Shown piece by piece: positions 55,851-64,000 of a stretch of DNA of 64,000 nt. Numbering within the stretch: the stretch's first letter is position 1; the number at the start of each line of letters is the position of its first letter. The stretch is from the human T2T-CHM13v2.0 reference genome, Homo sapiens, in assembly GCF_009914755.1 (NCBI RefSeq), contig NC_060926.1, one strand, 5' to 3'. The notes below the pieces were generated by a model. It saw only the letters and a program-made list of their open reading frames with translations. It was not told where the DNA came from and did not search any database. The position numbers and the translations under genes were made by a program.

Positions 55851-55961
55851 AGATTGTTGTAGGGGTAATTATTTTTGGAAATAGGAAAACAGCTTCAGTT
55901 GTAATAAGTCCATTTTTCTGGAAAATGAAAAGCTATCTGAAGGAGAATGTGCCTGTGACAA
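55851..55961 (+). repeat. Copy 2 of about 113-bp dispersed direct repeat
   Basis: Aligns to 54400-54514; identical core tggaaataggaaaacagcttcagttgt. Confidence 0.9.
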
Positions 55962-57038
55962 GATCTCGTCTAGTTTCTTGTGCCCTGTGACGAGAAGAGC
56001 ACAGCTCTCTTACTCTGAGCAGGTGAGGTCTTGAAGAAGCACCTCATTAATAAGGTCCTGAAGAATAAGTTCATTTGTTTATAGGGTTCAGGAGACCCCT
56101 AGAGTTCCAGTGAGAAAGCGTGAGCTCCGTCCATTGGTCCTCCTGGCCCTGCCACTCTCTTCCCCGCTTGTTCTGGCTCCCGTATTCTTGACACCTTTTC
56201 CCAGCATATGCTAGTTTTGTTTCCATCAGGCTTCCTTGAGGGAGCTGTCGCCCCCCAAATCAGGGTCTTGACACCAGCTCCTGCCACTCTGACACATACT
56301 TAGGCAGTGCTCAGAGTCGAGCTGGCCTGGGGCCGTGGCCCCACAGGCTTGTGATCAGTGGGCTCCGGTTCTCACTTCTTGTCTTTGAGTTCTCAGGCTT
56401 CTCCCCTCTCCTGTTGTAAGAGTTGAGCTAGCAGGGGCCGCCTCTACCCTTGGCTGCTGCTTCCAAACCATGTGGGTTTCCTATGTCATGAAAGCTTTTC
56501 TTCATCACGTGCTAATGACTTCCTGTTCCACAGGCGTAACACTTTCTAATGTTTCATTCATCTATCTGAGTTTTTCCTGCTTTAAGTGCCTCTTCTATGT
56601 CTGTGCAACATTCATTAATTTCTCAGTATTTCCCCCTTGCAGATTATTCCTTCTTTGTCTGCATCATAGACACACGCCTCTCTTTATAGCACTTTCTATA
56701 TCCCACATGCTGCCACTTATCTAACACATTGGGAGAGAAAGGTGCAGACAAGGTGTGCAGGAGGTGGATGTGATGTTGTGGTTGGTTGGTTGACATTTTC
56801 TAGATGATGCAGCTGGCAGATTTGTCTGGATTTCACAATCTCCCACATCTAGCAAATTGCCTGGCATATACTAGTTGCTCAATAAAAACAGTCAGTAAAT
56901 GGGATGAGTGAGGGATGCTATAAAGCATAGTAAAGAAACCTTCCTTGACACATTAAAGGGAAAAGCAGCCAACTCCACATATTAAAGAATGGGCAGCAAC
57001 TTGCTTGGTTTCTGTGAGGACTTGCTTAATTCTGCATT

Positions 57039-57271
57039 GACCAAGAGCAAGCTGAAGAGCATTCTGGGATCAAGAAGATGACCAAGTACATTGTGGGACC
57101 AAGAGCAAGATCAAGAGCGTTCTAGACCATGAGCATTCTGGGACCAAGAGCCATGACCATGAGCATTCCGGGACCAAGAGCAAGCAAGGCCAAGAGCATT
57201 GTAAGACCAAGAGCATGACCATGAACATTCTGGGACCAAGAGTTTGACCAAGTATTATACATTCTGGGACC
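57039..57271. repeat. Modular degenerate minisatellite built on GACCAAGAGCA
   Basis: About 15 gacca(a/t)gagca-like cores with short (about 12 nt) and long (about 17 nt, +ttctgg) units. Confidence 0.88.
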
Positions 57272-57706
57272 TTCCTAGGCCATTGGCATCAACGCTGCAG
57301 CCTCTGAGTCATGCATGCCTCATGGGGTCATCCTGACTTAACCTGATGGGTAGGACTTACTTGAGTAGGGCAGGAGGTTTTGAAAGGACATGATCATACA
57401 CAGTACTTAGCTCAAGTGCACAGAGAAGCAGAGTGCCATACTGGGACCCTACGGTACAGCCAGCCGGAGACACAGGGTTCCAGACACAGCTTAATTCCTT
57501 CACGCTGGAGTATGACTTGGATGTACAAACTCCTAATCCCTAAGGATAGGAAAAGACCTAGAAGATTTGAGGATTTTAATTCAGGAAAGTCCACCAAAAG
57601 GATAAACAGCTAGGAGCCCACTAGTAAGCCAGGATGGTGTGGTGCGGATCTTGGATGAGGTTAGCTGAGTTTGAAAACTGGAGAAGGCATGGATGAGAGC
57701 AATGCT

Positions 57707-57843
57707 GAGGGAAGGTGAGGCAGGGTGGGGAGAGGAGTGGGAGGGTAGGTGAGGCGGGGTGAGGAGAGGATTGGGAGGCAAGGTGGGGCGAGGAGAAGAG
57801 CGGGAGGGTAGGTGAGGCCGGGCAAGGAGAGGAGTGGGAGGGT
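57707..57843. repeat. Purine-rich 29-34-bp degenerate repeat, about 4 copies
   Basis: gagggtaggtgaggc...ggagaggagtgg repeated. Confidence 0.8.
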
Positions 57844-60780
57844 CCATCGGTGTCGTCAGTGCACATCCCGGTGCTTGGAACTGACTGGTGGGCGTCCTGT
57901 TGGTGCATGGGGCAGACTGAAGCCTGAGACATGACCCCCGAGGGTTCTCCAGACAGGATCATTTGGAGCCCCTTCTTTCCCAAATGGTGGGGAGAAGTGC
58001 TGGCGGAAGCAGAATGGAGCCCTCAGAAGCGCGCATTCAGACCGGCAGTAGACAAAACCAGCTGCGGGGCCACACCACGTTAGGGTGCTTTTCGGCATCT
58101 CTCAGTGGGGTGAACGTTTGCATGTTGGTGCTTCTGAACACAGGATCCCTGGTCCTCCTGAGGCCTGGAGCCTGGCAGTTGGTCAGCTCCCTGGCCCCTG
58201 CTGCCCTCTAGCCCAGGGTGACTATGGGAACAGACATTCCTGATTTTTGGCAGCTCGACTTTGGGATTAAATGTTAAGGAACTATTGTGCTTTGAAGGAG
58301 TGCATGGAAGAGGAAGGGATGTGTGTTTCCTGCAGCGTGATTTGAAGTCCCCTTTACCACAAATAACTACTTTATACCAGAATTGGATACACATATTAAA
58401 AATGTCAAATACACCATATTTGTTTCAGCACAGGGTTTTTGTTTTTGTTTTTAATTATGTTCTTTCCCCTTTTCTCTGAAAGGAAAAGGGAAATCCCGCT
58501 GCCCTAGACATGGTAGAAATTTCCCCTCATTCTAAAATTCTGAAATTAACGTCAGCAGCCTTGACTTTGCTCTGTCCTGAAGGTAACTGTTTATTACAGT
58601 CGGCATTTAAATCCCCCGATTAATAGGAGCAATTAAACAATAGCTTCATTTCCAGCAAATTAACAACCCTAATAGGTAATTGCGACATAAATGAAGATAA
58701 ATTTGTTTTAATACAACGAGATAAAAAGAATACAGACAAGAACTGAATTTCAGATTAAGAATTCAGACTTCAGTACTTCAGGAAAAACTTAAAAGCTTCA
58801 CTAGAAGAAATTTAAGCAAGCTTGGCTTTTTAACCACAGCCTATTTTAGATTAGAGGGTTGTTTGCTCAAAAAAAAAATACATATATATAGTCATATTTT
58901 GTGCTTCGATACTCAGAAGGTAAGGCATCAAAGGATTACTTTGATATACGCAAGGTAAGTCAACAAAGGATTACCACCCACCGAACCCTTTCTCCTGCTG
59001 GCTTGCTTGGGGCATGGCATGTCCTAATGACTTACTCGAGCAGTTGAATCTTGGCCACAGCTTCTCATTAGGCTTTCAGTGACAAGGAACCAAAAAGCAA
59101 ATGCATAGAAGAGCATTTCCTATTTACACACCCCTAAGTTAAATTTATGACCTGTTTAGTTGCAGGATGTCTTACCTTCCTTGTTAGTATTTGTTCTGAT
59201 TGGAAAATTACTCTGATGGTTTAGAATTTGTCCTGTTGAAATGTGGAAGTAGCTGGACCAGACTTGTTCATAAATGCAGCATCCATGTGAAGGATGGGTG
59301 GGAATCGGTAGATTTGGGGTGAATAGCTAAGTGCTGATTTTAAAGGTAGTGGCAAAAAAAATGATGAAAGCCTCTTCTAGAACAAGGATAATGAATTTCT
59401 CCTTGTGGGGTCGCCGTGCTTATGGGAAGATGGAACGTACATTAAAGAAATTTTCGGAGTTTAGCTAAAACTGTATCACTGAGCTTGTATCACCTTATCA
59501 GAACTCATTTTGGTAGCTTAGAATCATCAGATGACACATAATTAGCCTAGAATTCTGTGTGCTGCCAAAATACTAATCCAGTAAAAGGGTAGAGGGACAG
59601 TTTTAGATATGGGAGTCTCAAAACAAAATATATGTGTGCTTCTCGGGAAACCGCTGGAACCAGGCTGCTGAGTTCAGCCCCTGAGGCTCTTTCCCAGCCC
59701 CTCCGCTCCCCACACCCCTGCACACTCCCTTTCTTGAGTGTCCAGGTAGAAATGACCTGTATCTTCTAACCACCCCAGGTATCTTTCCAAAGCATAGATC
59801 TCTTCACTTCTCTATTCAATTTGAATAACCCCCCATTGCCTTAAGGACAACTTCACACTTGCCACTCTTCTCTGCATATCAGGTCCTTAGAAATGCATTT
59901 CTAGTTGCCTGTTTCAGCATCTTCTCCCACTACCTTCTTATAACCTTCCCACCCCAGCCCCACTGTTGACTCATCCATTCATTCATCCAGTTGTTGTGTG
60001 CCCACTGAGTGTCAGGCAGGCCCTGGCCCCGGGAAGTTAAATACAGCATGGCCTCAAGCATTTCCAGAAGAGGTCCCAGCTCGGTGGAATTGGCCCATTG
60101 TCTTGGAACATGGGCTGACTGTACTCTTTAGTAGACGGCACAGTTTGGCAGGATCTCCGCAGGTGTGTAAGTGCCAGGCTATGCCATGGGTCCCATGGTT
60201 CACTGATTGTCATTAAGGAACATACTGTAGCCAGAAAACCCAAGAGACCATCATGGATGTGTGTGCTTCCTCACATGGCTATGATTTGACTTAGCTTTTC
60301 TTTATCGCTGAAAACACAGATCATATGAAAACACATTTAGGAGATGGGCTTGAATTATCAACAATATAGAGTACACCTTCTTTAACATTTAACTTTGAGA
60401 TTTTCATGGTGAGAAAAATTCTACATATTTCTTTTCACTCCGAAGTCACACATTCTGAACTATATAGATAATTTGGTAATTAATTTCTTCTTAATAAGAT
60501 AGTTTAATGATCACTTTACTGTGATTTAAAATGGAGTTGAGACGTTAGGGGATCTTTTATTTGTTACTGGAAGATTACAGCCGGTAGTGGCTTTCATTAT
60601 TTATGGGAGGGTCTCCAGGTAAGCCCCCTATGGTTCGAATGGAAGATTCTTTCTTTTTCTTTTCTTTTCTTTTTTTTGTAGGGGCGGGGGATGGATTAGG
60701 GACAAACTGTCCCTGATATGCTGATATGCCCTGTCCAAACTCCTGACGCACAGAATCGTGATAAACAATAAGATGGCACG

Positions 60781-61091
<311 letters not shown>

Positions 61092-61639
61092 GGGAAGAGC
61101 CTTTCAATGAAATGTGAAGTAAGTGTCACCTTTGGGTGGAGACACCAAAGACAGAGACAAGACATGCAGTGCCCTCAGCTGCATAAATTTTGCTTTTAAA
61201 ATATTTTCGTGGAGTAAAATTAGTGTTTAGTCTCATGTGAATTTCATCAGTGTGTCTATGGTGAGCATTTAAAATACGGTTTTATTGGAGGTGTGGTTCG
61301 TACTTTATAATCCCTACCTAACAGTGCTTACTCGGAATTGCTCCCCCGCCTCCCAAGTTACTGGCCTCACTGTGCTCCAGCTTTCCCAGTAGCAGAGGAA
61401 CCCTCTTCCCAAACGTGGGCTTGATTTACACCGAGTCATTAGTTGTCATCTAATGGTGGCTCTTCAGTGTCACTGCAATCTATACGCTTTCTCTGTGTCT
61501 TCCTTAGTTCTCTGCCCCCACTTTTCCCCACCCTTCACGTGTCATCTGGTCCCCCACAAAGCTTTTGCATGGGGTTCATCTGCCTATTCCAGGAGAGACT
61601 ATGGTCCTTATCCAGTAGTACTAATGTGCGGAAATACCA

Positions 61640-62360
61640 GGAGTGGACAAGCCACCTTCCCCAAACATGAAAGAGCCCAGTTTTGCTAAGGAGCTGTTGA
61701 AAAACTGGAAATAGAACAGCGCCGTGGTAAGATTTGCCTTTGAGGTCGCCCTGTGGTGTGTTAGGGGCATTTAGGGGACAGTCAGGGAGACTCATTTGGA
61801 AGTTGCTTTGGTCACCAGCTGTGGAAGGATAAGTCTTAGACCAAGGCAGTGGCAGTGAAGACGAATTTCTGAGAAACTCTGGTGGTTGAACCAATCATCT
61901 GTTAGGTCTGTTCTGTCCATGGTGAAGAGCGGGTTGTGCCATCGACTGAGCTAGAAAACAGACGAGAGGCAGGTCTGAGAGAGGCTAGGAGGCCCAGGCT
62001 GGGCGGCGCGGACTTGAAGGCGCCTCTAGCAGATCCAAGGGGAGATGCCGAGTTGGTCATTGGCTACACAACTCTAGAAGGCAGGATGTGAGGCAGAGCT
62101 CTTCGTGGCAGTGGCGATCCTGGGAGCTCCTGGCACTGAGGTGGTGACCGAGACATTCGCGAGGAGGTTGCCCAGGCAGAGGGCATGGGAAAAAGGACAC
62201 CAGGAGGATGCCAGGGAAGCACCCGCACTTCAGGAGCCAGCAAGGGAGGATGAGAAAGAGAAGTTCCAGCCGGAGGAGGAAAACCAGGGACGTCAGGGTT
62301 CATGGAAGCCCGAGGAGGATGCAGAAGAGGAAAGGAGGGAATGACGAGGAACGCCACATG
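61640..62360 (-). mobile_element. Probable L2 relic
   Basis: G/A-rich degenerate sequence with L2-like blocks (agaccaaggcagtggcagtg, ggagatg..gagttgg, aggagccagcaaggga). Confidence 0.5.
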
Positions 62361-63721
62361 CTGCTCAGAGGTCCAGGAAGGTGCGACCTAGCCTCTGGAC
62401 CACTCCCAGTGACCATGGCAATGGCAGGCCCAGCCTAGGGATTGCAGAGAGCAGGAGAGGCAGAGTCGAGCAGCATCCCCGGGCTTTCCAGAAGGCCTGG
62501 CTGGGAATGGGGCGTGGCACACGGTGTAATCCGGGCAGCCTTGGCGAGCACCTCCTGTGTGCCAGTCACCACACTCAGTCCTTTTCAGCATTTTGTTTAG
62601 TTACCCAATCCATTTCATTTAGTCACCCAAGTAGAAGTTAGAAATTGATGACAAACTGAGGGTGCAGGGCAAAAGAACACATGATTCGTGCTGTGGAACC
62701 AGGACAGTCTGTTGGGGTGCTGGCAGGGTGTTCGATTGCCACATGGTGGTGTCATGAGCAGTCCCAGAGCCGTCGGATTGCTCTGGTGCACTTGCTGCCT
62801 GGTTTTTCTCACCTGCAAAATGAAAGAGCTGACAGGATGAAATGAGTTAATAGATGGGAAGTGTGGGCCGCCTAGCCCTGCTCAGCCTTTGAGCAGCAAA
62901 AAGGAGGAAGGGGGAGGAGGAGGAGCTGTCCTCTGGTTATAGAGGGCGTGAGGTTGGCCCGGAGGCTCCTAGTGTGACCAAGGGCTATTCCTTGCCTCAT
63001 TTTGTGTGATTTAGAAACAAGATGGAAGTAGAAATTGGGCATTATGTCAGGATTTAATGAAGTCTTGTTTGGGAGCTGTTGTCTTATTTTTAACCACTAA
63101 TTAAAGGGTGCTATTTCCCTCTATAGAATAGAACATTTACAGTTTGTGGATAAAGTAAATGTATACCTCACTTTTTTTGTTAAGTTCTTAAACTTTTTTT
63201 TTATTATTGAAGAATGGAAACATACATGAAAGTGTATTTGGGCTTAAAAAGTTGTCACAAAATTATCCTCAGGTCAAGGAGGGCCTATTTCTAGACCCCA
63301 GAAACCCCTGTGTCCTGTCCCAGGCACCTGCCTGCTCTGCTCCCTGAAGATGGGCACAATTCTCCCTTCTGACCCCATGGTGAGGCCAGCTTGGTTTTCA
63401 CCTTTATACAATGTACACACACACACGCACACTTGCACAGTTGAAGGGGCTAGTTAGAGGTATCTTTTATCTGTTAACCCAAATAAAATTTTAAAATTAT
63501 AGAGGAAGTGACTTTTAAAAGAACACTGAGCATTACTCTTGGGAGTCTCAGGAGGGTAATTAAATTGGTAGTGTCAGTAGTAAGCGCAAATGTTTTCAGT
63601 ACCCGTTGACACCGTTTTAGATTTGGGAGTAGCTCATGTGACAGAGTCATAGGGAAGTGTGCTGCCCAATTTGAGAAAAGATCAAATCTCAGTGACAAAG
63701 CTTCCAGATTTTTTTTAAATT

Positions 63722-64000
<279 letters not shown>

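Noticed and set aside
57039-57271. Repeat-spacer-like array resembling CRISPR
   Set aside because: Primate intron, short degenerate cores, intervening pieces are related to each other, no cas genes

Overview
Primate (almost certainly human) genomic DNA from inside the AGAP1 gene (ArfGAP with GTPase domain, ankyrin repeat and PH domain 1; centaurin-gamma2), sense on the + strand. Three GT-AG coding exons (10204-10289, 13939-14080, 19600-19734; exons 4-6 in the usual numbering) splice in frame and encode the G3-G5 part of the atypical GTPase-like domain. Everything else is intron: about 25 Alu copies, MIR/L2/L1 relics, DNA-transposon MITEs, two MLT1 LTRs, a complete solo MER51-type LTR, a G-rich 27/28-bp VNTR and several small tandem repeats. 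Almost all ORF-track entries are spurious. Most notable observations: (1) a 167-bp near-perfect inverted duplication with fold-back hairpins at both junctions whose four mismatches are all G-U pairs in the sense pre-mRNA; (2) a coherent 3-exon antisense transcript model (donors, acceptors, branch point, AATAAA and U-rich element) carrying a 71-codon spliced ORF; (3) a candidate 51-nt in-frame cassette exon deep in the long intron; (4) exons 4-6 total 363 nt and would give a stop-free circular ORF if back-spliced; (5) a 14-kb Alu-free block with a strong CTCF motif and homeodomain-motif clusters. Repeat subfamily calls are by eye, from remembered consensus sequences, and boundaries of old repeats are approximate.
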